Below, in pieces: positions 13,001-26,339 of a stretch of 64,000 nucleotides of DNA. This DNA comes from Azolla caroliniana. Taxonomy: Eukaryota > Plantae > Polypodiophyta. The notes under the pieces were generated by a model, which was not told the origin of the DNA, searched no databases, and saw only the letters and a program-made list of their open reading frames with translations. Location of the stretch: contig JBHGNT010000004.1 of the NCBI GenBank assembly GCA_043228905.1, positions 19,282,001 to 19,346,000 on the forward strand, read 5' to 3'. The first letter of the stretch is position 1. Each line of letters opens with the position of its first letter. The position numbers and the translations under genes were made by a program.

Positions 13001-14261
13001 AATGGCACAGTAGACATTGCGACCGCATGGTACATTCTAGTGCTGAGTGTCCGGCATTTAGGCATGTTGTGCATTGAATGGCCTGTCGAAACCGGAGATC
13101 CTCATCGGTTGGTAACGCTCGTTGGAGTGCTCCCATTGTTAGCCAAGAGCTTGTTTTCTCCATTTCTCTAACCCGGTCAATGACCTGGTCGACGGTACTT
13201 GTGCGAAAGTCGATGACCGTGCATACCGTACGTAGAGGTTCCCGGAGCGCAACTAAGAATATAGCCCGTGTTTCTTCCTCCGGAGGTGTTCGGGTAAGTT
13301 GACTGTGCATCTGTTGAAACCGGATGACAAACTACGGAATGCTCTCCCCAGGGTCCTGCCGGATGGTATAAAATAGGCCCACCATTTCTCTCTGGTCCAC
13401 CTCCTTTTGAAAGAAGCGCAAGAATTTAGCTTTCAGGTCCGCAAAGGTGGTGATGGTGCTGGGGTCTTGCATCCGGTGCCATCTGGCGGCCGGTCCTTCC
13501 AATGTCAAGCCGAATTCGGCTATCTTAGATTGTTCCTCTTCGGCTGCGGTTAACCGTTGTGACACATGGTTTGCCTCCCATGTTTGTCGAAAAGCGTGAA
13601 CATGAGCCTCCGCGTCCGGGTCATCCCTATACTTGGGGTACTGGAACGGCATGTCATCGTCCGGTGTCGGTGCGGGGGCTAGTGGTGTCGGTGGTCTTTC
13701 CTGCTCTTCCGTCGGCGTCGGAGGTCATTGCTGGTCTTCTGTCGAAGTCGGAGGTCTTTGCCGGTCCTCCTTCGGTGTTGTCGGCTCGACTTCCGGTGTC
13801 GGAGGTCTTTCTTTGTCCTCTTCCATCTCCGGAGGTTGCTCCACGTCTAGTGTTGGAGGTTCCCGGTGTGACAATTATGGTTCCGGTGTCGGTAATGTAT
13901 CCAACTCCTCGTCCTCCAGTCCTCCTAGGGTGTCATTACTACTGTGATAGTTTGTGTGCGCACTGTAACCCCCTTCCGAATCCAATCCTAGCGCCGAAAA
14001 TGCTTCGGATTCGCCGTCTCTTCCGGCCAAGGCCTGGAGAAGGGATCCCGCTTCCCGGAGACTGCTTAAGCAGCTTCCTTCGTCCGGGTAGGCGTTTTGT
14101 TGCAGATGGAGCGACTCCTCCGCCACTTTCCGGATCACTTTGGAAAATGATCGATCCGATCGGATTTCTTCTGTTGCTTGCTGGAAAGCCTCTCACTGCC
14201 TTTGCCATTCAGCAAGTCTTCGTGCTCTCTCCGTAACCGGGTCGTCTATTGGCCTAGTCAT
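10091..14261 (-). pseudogene. Gypsy gag-PR-RT-RNase H (5' part of the polyprotein)
   Basis: Gag capsid-like DPDAEAHVHAF..., knuckles CTTCLNAGHSALEC and CLLCHSRNHTMEQC, LLGRPWL, RVCVDYRKLN, FLDD; joins in frame to 4614 when the Copia is removed (LTGKL-AWWTLLLQ). Confidence 0.9.
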
Positions 14262-14299
14262 CCATTCCCGCCGTTGTTTACTGCGATTGTGCAGGAATC

Positions 14300-14309
14300 G
14301 TGGTCGCCA
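14300..14309 (-). promoter_or_regulatory. Gypsy primer-binding site TGGCGACCAC, complementary to the 3' end of plant tRNA-Arg(UCG) (...GUGGUCGCCA)
   Basis: Lies immediately inside the 5' LTR on the minus strand. Confidence 0.7.
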
Positions 14310-14316
14310 AAAACTG

Positions 14317-14763
14317 TGTTAATCCTTAGGGCCGGACAACAGCCTAACACAAGGTGTCCACTTAAGACACTTCACCAAAGGGTGTTACGGCGAGATAACT
14401 TACGATACAACGCTTAATTGGACCTTAATCGGTTACTTAGCAATATGTCATTAACACGCGTAAGATATACAATAAGCACAAAACGGTGAACAATACTCAA
14501 TGATTAAACAAAAAGGTTTATATTACTCTCCGTTAATGACTACATTGTAACCAGGCCTTTATATAGGTCACCGGTGCGAAGTACAAAACGGTGCCAACCG
14601 GCACCTATTCGGGATTGGTCCGGATCCGGATCGGCATACCGATTCCGGTCCGTCCGTCCACATCTTCTCATATATTAATATATATATTAAGAATAGTAAT
14701 TCCAACAGATTCCCAAATAAGAATTCCCCTTTTCACACCCTGGTCTTTGTCGGCCGGGTAACA
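14317..14763 (-). repeat. Gypsy 5' LTR (~450 bp)
   Basis: Termini TGTTA...TAACA, next to the PBS; Copia RT coding sequence resumes right after 14763. Confidence 0.7.
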
Positions 14764-16620
14764 ACTTTGTTCTGACACTTGGGACCTAGTTGAGCCCCCG
14801 AAACATTACAAATTGATCACCTCCAAGTGGGTATACAAGGTGAAATACAATGCCAATGGTTCAATCAACAAGTACAAAGTAAGTCTCGTCGCGAAAGGAT
14901 ACACACAGACCCATGGGATCGATTATGATGAGACCTTTGCGCCAATCGCAAAGATGACGACGGTACGTGCGATCCTCGCAGTGGCAGCGGCAAAGGGATG
15001 TGAAGAATGTGTTCCTCCAAGTGATATTGAGGAGCAAGTGTACATGGTACAACCCCTGGGGTTTCAGTTGGAATTGAACAAGTCGGCAATGTGTCAACTA
15101 AAAAAGTCATTATATGGTCTCAAGCAAGCTTCACGAGCATGGAACTTCAAAATCACGCAACATTTGTGTAAGATGGGGTTTGAGACCTCACAATCTAATA
15201 GTTTATTGTTCATCTAAAAAGGTCAAAAACACCCAATATGCATCTTGCTATATGTGGATGACTTGGTCATCACCGGAGCCAACCTTGTTGAAATCGACCG
15301 CGTCAAGACCCAGTTGTCAATCGCATTCGAAATTAAGGACTTGGGGACCCTTCATTACTTCCTCGGAATCGAAGTGATCCACACCCCCCAAGGGCATATT
15401 GTTGACTCAACGACATTATGTGTTGAATATGTTGTTCAAATTCGGCGTGAGGGAGAGCCGACCCATCTCAACTCCCCTCGACCACAATCAGAATCCTCAC
15501 CATGACTCGGGAATGGCATGTGACGAAACCCGATTCCGACAAATTTTCGAAAGCCATACATATTTGACGATCACTCAACCTAATTTGACATATCCAGTCA
15601 GCTTGATTAGTTAGTTTATGCAGAAGCCGACATCCGAGCATATATAGTGTGTGCATTGATATTGAGGTATGTAAGTGGCACTATGGATTGTGGTTTCCTG
15701 TATAGGAAAGGTGCAATCGATCAATTATTCGACTGTATGGATGTTGACTAGGCTAGAGACGCCACCGATCACCGATCACTGATCGACATTGAGATTTATG
15801 TTCTCCCTAGGAAGCGTGGCGATCTCGTAGAATAGCAAGAAGCAGCCAATAGTGGCATTGTCGAGCACAAAGGTGGAATATCGAGGAGTGGCCATTGCGA
15901 CTTGCAAGGCTATATGGCTGAAACGGCTAATGTAGGACCTACAGGTACAAGTCGTCGACCCAATTCATATATATTGCGACAACATGAGCAACATCCAACT
16001 CGCAAAAACCCCCGTCTTCCATGCTCGCACAAAGCACATTGAGGTGCACTACATTTCGTGTGCGACCGAGTCTTGGGTGGTGAAGTCGAACTACGATTCG
16101 TTCGTACTGACCGACAAGTGGCCGACATCTTCACCAAAGCGTTAGGACTGGACAAGTTGCGGAAATTCTTAGATATCCTTGGCTTGCAACATCTCAACAA
16201 GTCATGCTTCAAGGGGAGACCTATAGAGGAGAACAGTCATGGAGTAGAGCTGAACGAGCAAAGGAAAGAGTCGAAACAAACGATTCGGCAAGGGGAGCTG
16301 AAAGGACAAGGACGAGCCGAAGTGAGTGGACAAACGAAGAAGGCCAAAAGGCCGAATGGTTGAAAGGGACAAAGAGCTAAGGAAGTTGAAGGCCGAAAGG
16401 GCCAAAAGGGTTGATGCAGACAAAAGCTGAAAGGCGGAAGAGGGCCGAAGGGCCGTAAACTGATGAGGGCTGATAGGGTTGAAGTCAATATTAGCCTGAG
16501 CTTGAATGGGAGTGTTGAGATGTCAAGCTCAACCAGTTTTAATGCTGACTTGGAAATACTCTAGTTAGACTAGAATTTAGTGCTCATGAATGAGCCGTTT
16601 ATTGTACTTATGTCAGCCCA
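14764..16620 (+). mobile_element. 3' half of an older, decayed Copia element (RT, RNase H, purine-rich 3' UTR, PPT, start of 3' LTR at 16513)
   Basis: TWDLV...KWVYKVK...GIDYDETFAP, LYVDD, QVADIFTKAL; PPT TTGAATGGGAG followed by TGTTGAGA; many stops and frameshifts. Confidence 0.88.
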
Positions 16621-16929
16621 CTCCTTTATGAGAGATAAAAAGAGGGGTTTTGTATAAAAGATGCTCGGTGAGCATATTGTATTTGTCGACCATTGTGATG
16701 GCGTGGAGTCAGTGGGAGCTAATATGGCAGGCAAGCATATGTGTTTCCATAAGATATCCCGTGTTGTTCGCATGTATGTATGTACGTATGTGATGTATGT
16801 ATGTTTGATCGTCCCACAGGCACAACACGAGACGAGACGAGACGAGACGAGACGATGTCCGAGAAGAAGTCCTCCTCCCTCCCACGTGTGAACCCGTCCC
16901 CCCTCCCTCCCTTCAGACCTTTAGGGTTT

Positions 16930-16971
<42 letters not shown>

Positions 16972-17082
16972 GGTTTTCCTCCTCCCTCTATAACCTTCTG
17001 TTCCAAGCGATAAGCAGAGTCCTTTTGGAGAAGAAGAAGAGCTGCCTGCTTGCCGCCCTGCAGATCTCTCCACTCCCTCACC

Positions 17083-19390
<2,308 letters not shown>

Positions 19391-19451
19391 TGTATCTTTC
19401 CTGCTATATGAGTTGTCTTATCACATGAATCATCTTACATCTTTCAGCAGA

Positions 19452-19657
19452 GTTGTGTAATTTTCCATGGGATGTAGCTATTAAGGGTTTTGCTGCAATG
19501 GCAATTTTGTCTGAAAACCTGTAATGACAATTTTGTCAAGAGACTTATATTTTATCAGTAGACTGGTGTAGTTTTTCATGGAATGTAGTTATGAAGGGCT
19601 TTGCTGCAGTGGCAATTTTGTCTGTGTGTCTGTAATGACAATATTGTCGGAGACTCT
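19452..19657. repeat. ~113-bp diverged tandem duplication in the RPS27 3' UTR
   Basis: CATGG.ATGTAG...TTGCTGCA.TGGCAATTTTGTCTG...TGTAATGACAAT occurs twice. Confidence 0.75.
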
Positions 19658-21214
19658 TTCTGGTTATCAATGTAATAGGTTGTTTTAATGGCATTTGTTA
19701 TAGTTGTCAGATCCTACTTAAAAGAGTTATTCAAAATCTATAGTTTAGAATCGTTTGGTCTTCAATCCCCTATTCTCTGCAACTGATCCAGAGAGCTGGA
19801 AATGCCTAGGCATATCAATGTGTCTTCAAAATTGCATGCTGTTGATATGGTTTGTGCTAAGTGATTGATTGTATTTTTGGCTGGAGCTGCGAGAGTTGTT
19901 TGTGAAGTGATTGATTGGGTTTTTCGTTAAGGAAAGGAAATGATTGCTAAAATATGTTCCATTAGTTTAAGAGACATAGGATTATTTTTATGTTGAATGT
20001 CTTGATGTAACTGTCATGTGGTCTTCCTTCTTGGATATTCTCTTCAGGGACATGTTGATTTATACTCCTCAAGTTGAGGAAGATGGTGTAGTTTTATGTT
20101 GAATTTAATCTCAGTGGAAGATGTTGTAGTTTCCAAGGAGTGGACTGCTAAAATATGTTCCTTTATTGTAAGAAACATAGGATTATATTTATTCATAGTG
20201 GTGGTAATAAAATGTAATCCGAGGGCAATTACTATAGACCAATAGATGTTCTCTTGGAACCTTAAAGCTGTATCATGCCCTATCTTCTTAATCAGTGAAT
20301 TTCCATGCAACTGATTGTGTATGAGGGCAAGCAAAAATGTGCATCAATTGTACAAGGTCATATGCTTCTAATGGATGATACTATGTGTAATGTATATAAT
20401 GAACGTGATATTGCTTCCAAAATGGAGAAGTGGTCTGATGGTTCATTTTTTTGTCAATCATGATGGTGAACTTGTGCTATCATATTGAATGAGTTCAACT
20501 TATTTATTAGAGAGTATATTTTACTTGTGCTATTGTTTTGATTAGTATTGAGTGATATAAGCTTCATTCATCAAGAACGGGTTTTAGTGATGTTACAATT
20601 TCATTTATGGGTTTGAGAGTTATTTGTATTTCAATTTTCATTGTAAGGTATTGAAAAGGGTTCAAGTGTTATTCCTGTTTCAATTTCATTTAAGGGATTG
20701 GAATAGGTTTGAATGATATTAGCGATGAGCATTTCAATTTCATTGTATGGATTGGGAAGGGTTTGAAATTATCATTATCTTGTAATGCTTTGTTGTCTAC
20801 GGGGTCAACAATTGAATCTTATTGTGTTGGTTTGGTTGAAACTTTTGAGCATATTATGCTTAATCAACAATGAATATAAATATATCTAGATTCTCAAAAC
20901 AAATTTATTAAAAATCGATGAAAGTGATTGACAACATCTCATAAATTTAGCTATATCATGAAATCGATAGGTTATTGACATCGATTGATAGAAAAGAGTG
21001 ATGAAGAGATAATCAAATGTAGGATACAACTTGCATGTAGCCCAAGAAGATTAAGATAGGATAGAAAATGCATAATAATTTTCCACTTCAAGATCGTATT
21101 CACTGAAGTGTAAGAATCTTTTTATCCACCTAAGAATCCTAGAGCTTAGACATTATAAAAAATTGATTCCAGGTAAAATGGTGTAACCGAAATTTAGCAA
21201 ACTAATTAATACAT

Positions 21215-21288
21215 CGCTCCAGGGAGGGTTTGAACCTCCGACCTTATGGTTAACAGCCATACGCTCTAACCAACTGAGCTACTAGAGC
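21215..21288 (-). tRNA. tRNA-Asn(GTT), cytosolic type
   Basis: GCTCTAGTAGCTCAGTTGGTTAGAGCGTATGGCTGTTAACCATAAGGTCGGAGGTTCAAACCCTCCCTGGAGCG. Complete cloverleaf: acceptor GCTCTAG/CTGGAGC, anticodon stem TATGG/CCATA. Confidence 0.95.
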
Positions 21289-22270
21289 TTTGCATATAAT
21301 GCAAGTAATATTAGATATATATAATATATCATCAAAAGAAGCCAAAAATTTCCTTACATGCACGGATTAATATAGGAAACTAAAAGAAAATAGCACCAAT
21401 GTATATGAAAGCATTGTACATTGAAATTTATCAACGTTTTGGAACATTTTTTGCGCCTAATCTTTTGATGCAAAATTTCTTGAAACAATGATGCAATTCC
21501 AAGACAAGTGAACTAGAGCCACAAGTCTATAGATTCAACAAACATATTTTTATTTGAATGTTTTTGGTGTTGAACTTTAGTTCTCTCAATTTTACGACTT
21601 TGATCCTATGATGTAAACCACCAAGCCAACAAGCAAAGAGAAAATCACAATACTAACAATTTCAACACCATTTCTCAAGTCAAATTACGAAAAGGAGGTT
21701 ACTCAATGTAAACACGAAGCATAATACTAGCATTATTATGGATGTAAAAAGCAAGGGTATTATATGTAATACAAGAAATTGTAACAAAGTGTCGCTTACA
21801 AAGTCATATTGTTTTGGAAAGGCTTGTGCTTTGTTTTGACTCAAAAACAATGTTGAGAAAACGCAACAAGTTTATAAATGTATTAGGATCAAAATCATGG
21901 TTCTCCTAACTAAGTGATTGTTAATATTGTGATTTTCTATGGAGTATTTACGTCTCCTACTTCCATACCATCACAAGTACAACAAAGCTACGGCGACTTA
22001 TATAAAAGAATCACAACCTTGATGAAGACCTTAATACATAAGGCAATTGTAGAAAACACACACAAGGTTGTCTAGGTACATGCTTTGCAACTACACCAGT
22101 ACAAGTGTGCAAAGTTGACTAAGGTGAGCACAAGATTCTATTCATTTGAATTGGGCAAGCTTTCCAATTTAATTTACATGCTGTAGAAAAGAAGTTTTTT
22201 ACACATCATGGTTACCATATCATTGACTCTAATAACTTTGCCATCATAGCAAACAATTCATAAATTTCAC

Positions 22271-22507
22271 TAAACCCAAATGCAATTCCTCATCATCATT
22301 TGGCCCTTGGACTAGCCCATGTGACATTGTATCACAAGTAGTGCATTTGCTATTCCAAAACAATTAGACTTGTTAGGACCGCCGACCAAACCCAAATGTG
22401 ATTCCTCGTCATCACTTGGCAATTGGACTAGCCCATGTGACATTGTATCACAGGTAGTGCATTTGCTATTCCAAAACAATTAGACTTGTTAGGACCGCCG
22501 ACCAAAA
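22271..22507. repeat. ~116-bp tandem duplication
   Basis: AAACCCAAATG...GGACTAGCCCATGTGACATTGTATCACA...GTTAGGACCGCCGACCAAA occurs twice. Confidence 0.85.
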
Positions 22508-23109
22508 GATAACTTGGGCCAAAAGCCCAAGTATTACTTATTCCTTAAAAGAACAACAAATAACGTTTTAATTTTCATGGGAATTTGCAGAGAAATCTTT
22601 CATCTAAAGGCCAGAAGATTTGTGCAGAAAACTTAAAACATTGATTACAATCATCAACGAGGTATTGGTACGATTTTCCCTTTCTCAATAAAACCCCTTC
22701 GTGTAGGAATGATCTAAATGCATTAGGAACAATACACAAATTCCCCCATGGTTCATAACAAACTGAGAAATGGATCCCAACATCTGTTGCAAGATGTGCA
22801 CACAAACTTCTCAATAGCTATTAATGCAAAGTAACCCATACCAGGTTATCTCCAAGCAATATAGATAACTTCCCACAATCAGATTAAAATTGCAACCTAA
22901 TGAAGCTAAGTTGCATATGAGGAATGTTTTCTTCTTCTTTCCTAAACATGTTCTTCTTGACCAATCAATCAATCAAATCAATAGCTTGAAGATTCAGGAA
23001 TTTCGTTTTCTCCATACTTTCGAGCAGAACAACATACTCAAAGAAGCGAACATTACAGAAAGAAAAACAAAAGGGGTAAAAAAAAAAGAGGTTTTGTGTG
23101 TAGCATGGA

Positions 23110-24322
23110 TCAGACATTTTTAAGCTTAGCCATCTTGGAAGGAGGCCATCTCCCTTTCTTTCGAAGGTGCCTCTTTCTCACTAACCTCTTCCTACGAAGC
23201 TCCGCGCGCTTCTGCTTTTTCTTCAGAATATCAGCCTCGGATTCGAGCTTCAAACCAGATGGAGTACCATCATTCTCACCATCACCATTCTTTATTGTTT
23301 CTTTTACCTCTGATGGAGATTCGGTTGTCAAGACCTCGGCAACTACTGCACGCACAACTGCTATCATGCTTTCCTTGCGAATCGAAAGGTATTGTGTCAC
23401 AAACCTAGCACCTTCAAAAATAGAATGGGAGGAGACAAGATTACAAGAACGCCTGAATGTGCAAAAACCATATAGCAAGTCAAAGTAACCTTCTAATCAC
23501 AGAAACATATCAAGGAGATGCAAAAAGATCATCTCTACTTTTTTGTGAAGCCTTTGGAATAAAGCTTTACAGTAGCTTGATGTGCAAACATTAGAGGAAA
23601 AACATTAGCTCAGATTGCAGGAATACTTAAATCCAAAAGGATTTCTTTTACCATAAGAGAATGCCAAAAACAGCTGACACTGCGGATGAAATAGTTTGCA
23701 GCCTTTAGGCGAGATAATACCAAAATTCAGAGAAATCTCTCTTCTGTTAATTAACCAGAAATAATAAACAGTGATAAACATTCACAGTTTCTATCACTTC
23801 TTTAGACAGGATGAAAAGTCACTATTTCTAACACTGATAAACAGTCAACAGTTTCGAACACTTCTTTAGGCAGGATGAAAAGTCACTATTTCTAACACTG
23901 ATAAACAGTCAACAGTTTCGAACACTTCTTTAGGCAGGATAAACTCCCTATCATCTGCTCTATGGAGTATAATATCCACTTGTTTTCAGATGTATTTCCA
24001 GACTTACAAGGCATGATTAGTAGGAGAATCAAAGAAAATACAGATGGAAGCAAAAGAGGGAACCAAAAACTGATGCAAATACCTAACAGTGTCAACGCTT
24101 TTTTTAGAAAAAATTATTCTTATGCAAGAAGATGGTGATGATATAATGCTCGCAGAAAGAAATCGATTGACACAGAAGAATAGACCGAGGAAATCCCTTT
24201 CACTCCGTGAAAAAAACACCCAAGCAGGAAACAGACATGCTTCACCAGATCGATCAGAAAGGATAAAAGGATTACCTGAAGGATGAAGCGAGGTGCAAAA
24301 GGGAAGAGGAGGATGAGAAGAG

Positions 24323-24354
<32 letters not shown>

Positions 24355-24429
24355 AGAAGGAACGGAGGAAGAAGATGATGAAGGAAACCGAGCAGAGATG
24401 AGGCCCGCCATAGCCACGCTCGCTGCCAT
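23110..24429 (-). CDS. PSRP5: Plastid-specific 50S ribosomal protein 5 (cL37) with Ser-rich transit peptide; exons 24429-24276 and probably 23411-23110
   Basis: C-terminus RRKRLVRKRHLRKKGRWPPSKMAKLKNV is the PSRP5 signature. N-terminus MAASVAMAG...poly-Ser. The phase-compatible acceptor is AAG at 23412, so the exon 2 start is less certain. Confidence 0.9.
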
Positions 24430-24505
24430 TGCTGCAGATAGAAGAACGCTACTATATCCACAAACGCACGCGCACACACAAAAAATACTCTTCTTACATT
24501 AACGA

Positions 24506-24563
24506 TAGCTATGGCACCGGTCCGGTTTCGGTTCGGTTTGAGCCGAAACCGGTTCCATAGCTA
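24506..24563. mobile_element. 58-bp hAT-like micro-MITE upstream of PSRP5
   Basis: TIR TAGCTATGGcACCGG / CCGGTtCCATAGCTA; 8-bp flanking direct repeat ATTAACGA/CTTAACGA. Confidence 0.7.
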
Positions 24564-24673
24564 CTTAACGATACAATATTAGAACATCCCATTTTGTTTT
24601 AAATGAATTGTCTCATGGGCCAATTTTGTTCTTAGAAGACGTTAACATCTCGGCTAAGTCTCCCACCCATTTC

Positions 24674-24718
<45 letters not shown>

Positions 24719-24721
<3 letters not shown>

Positions 24722-25346
24722 GTTCCGGTTGGATGCAAGATATAGAAAAAGGGTTTGGTAGATGGGATGCGAGATACTTGTTTCATGATGCATCACTAGA
24801 TTCCTCTGTAAATGAGGCCTTTTAACAACGCCAATGTATCATGACATGGGACAAATGTGGAGGCACATGCTTCACACATTATACTACACGTGTTGCACCT
24901 AACTACAAAACCATATTCTTTGCGGAACAGGGAAATCGTACACATCGATACATGTTAGAGCCCATACCGTTATCAGCCATTCGAACCATTGCTTCCATGC
25001 GACTTAGCTCACATGCATTGCGATGTGAGACGGGGCGTTGGGGCACAAGTGATGAGAGTGGTCGGGTCGGCTATGCACACTTTGCCCTAAACAAGTTCGC
25101 GAGTCTGAGTATCACACTTTGATACAATGCTCTGCCTTTGATCATATTCGACCATGCTTTCCACATCTCTTCGACCGAGCCCAATCCTTGCATGAATTCC
25201 TACAACCACAATGTACACTCTCGATTGCAACATTCATTGGTAAGGTTCTTGAACATCGAGAGTCACTACTCACTTTCACACGTATCACGTGAAATGTAAT
25301 ATTTTTGGTCTCATAGGTCATATTTGACCTCCGAAGACGATAATAG

Positions 25347-25347
<1 letters not shown>
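24719..25347 (+). mobile_element. 5'-truncated RTE/RTEX-like LINE 3' end, flanked by (CT)n on both sides
   Basis: IASMRLSSHALRCETGRW...C..CP..VRESEYHTLIQC (frameshifted CCHC-type C-terminus); ends AATAGAAT(CT)n. Confidence 0.65.
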
Positions 25348-25382
<35 letters not shown>

Positions 25383-25624
25383 CAATGAAGGCCTTGTAGA
25401 GGATAAATTTCACTTGCTTTTTATTCTTGAGCATATAGTGCATTTCATGGAAGCTAAGATGACATATTAAGAGGGGGTGACAACTTGAGTGCCATACTTA
25501 AGACACCGCCTAGAAGGTTGACCTCATAACTATATGTCTTTTTCACACATATAAGACTTTGTTCTTCGAAGTATGGATATCTCTTCTTAGGAAGGAGACA
25601 GACATCAAGAAAACTTTGTGTACT

Positions 25625-25955
25625 CAAGTCCCATGGGTCAATATTAGCCTCTTTGTGGATGCCACAAAATCAAATCTCTCTCTACTTCAATGTAGAGAGA
25701 GTGTATGTGAAGCCAATCAAAGACATCGACTCTATTCTATTCATTACAATCAATATTAGGCCCCATGGATACTAGCCTCTTTATGGATGCTACAAAACCA
25801 AATCTCTCTCTACTCCTAAGTAAAGAGACTATGTGTGAAGCCAATCAAAAGAAATCTACCTCTATTCTACTCATTACAATCAATCTTAGGTTCTGTGGGT
25901 CAATTATGATGTCCTTATGTATGCCATGAAATCAAATCTCTCTCTATTCCTAAAA
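25625..25955. repeat. ~120-bp diverged tandem repeat, about three copies
   Basis: GGATGC.ACAAAA.CAAATCTCTCTCTA...TCATTACAATCAAT repeated. Confidence 0.7.
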
Positions 25956-26249
25956 GGGGAGGCAGACAGACAAAAATGTAGAGTAATGACGTTTTTCAAT
26001 GATATTCAAACATTTTAAAGGGGCCCCTAACTTTGATTTTTCAATGTTGTTGGGATTCTAGTTGTATGCCTAAAGCTTGCGAGATTGGTCTCTGTTGAGA
26101 AGCAAACTCTCCACCTCTCTTTAGTAAGTGGTGGTTGTAAAAAGAGAATATAGTGAGAAGGTGACTATATAAGCACTTCTCTCCCTCTCCTTGTATTGTT
26201 GGTTGTCTTATTCTTGTTAATACAGTTTTTGGTGTTTTCCATGTACATT

Positions 26250-26290
<41 letters not shown>

Positions 26291-26339
26291 TATATACACA
26301 CATGCGCGCGCATAAACACACATATCTCTTCTACTGCAC

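Larger units (their letters stand above)
524..14763 (-). mobile_element. Degenerate Ty3/Gypsy LTR retrotransposon, non-chromovirus (Athila/OTA-like), interrupted by a Copia insertion; 3' LTR outside the window
   Basis: Minus-strand order is gag (CCHC knuckles), protease (IIDGGSDVN), RT (FLDD ~10780), RNase H (VDVSDIAIG, YSTTERKAL), integrase (GLDFVGP, SDQG, YYPQANGLAE). The pol tail has W-x-x-PY...VNG-x-x-LKPY and no chromodomain. Many stops and frameshifts. Confidence 0.92.

Noticed and set aside
13559-14236. 225-aa plus-strand ORF
   Set aside because: Antisense to GC-rich Gypsy gag; no independent motif
20440-20800. Possible snoRNA cluster downstream of RPS27
   Set aside because: No convincing C/D box pairs with terminal stems; looks like a degenerate ~50-bp repeat (CAATTTCATT)
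23452-23455. CAG acceptor for PSRP5 exon 2
   Set aside because: Phase 2 is incompatible with the phase-1 end of exon 1; the AAG acceptor at 23412 is preferred unless a small middle exon exists
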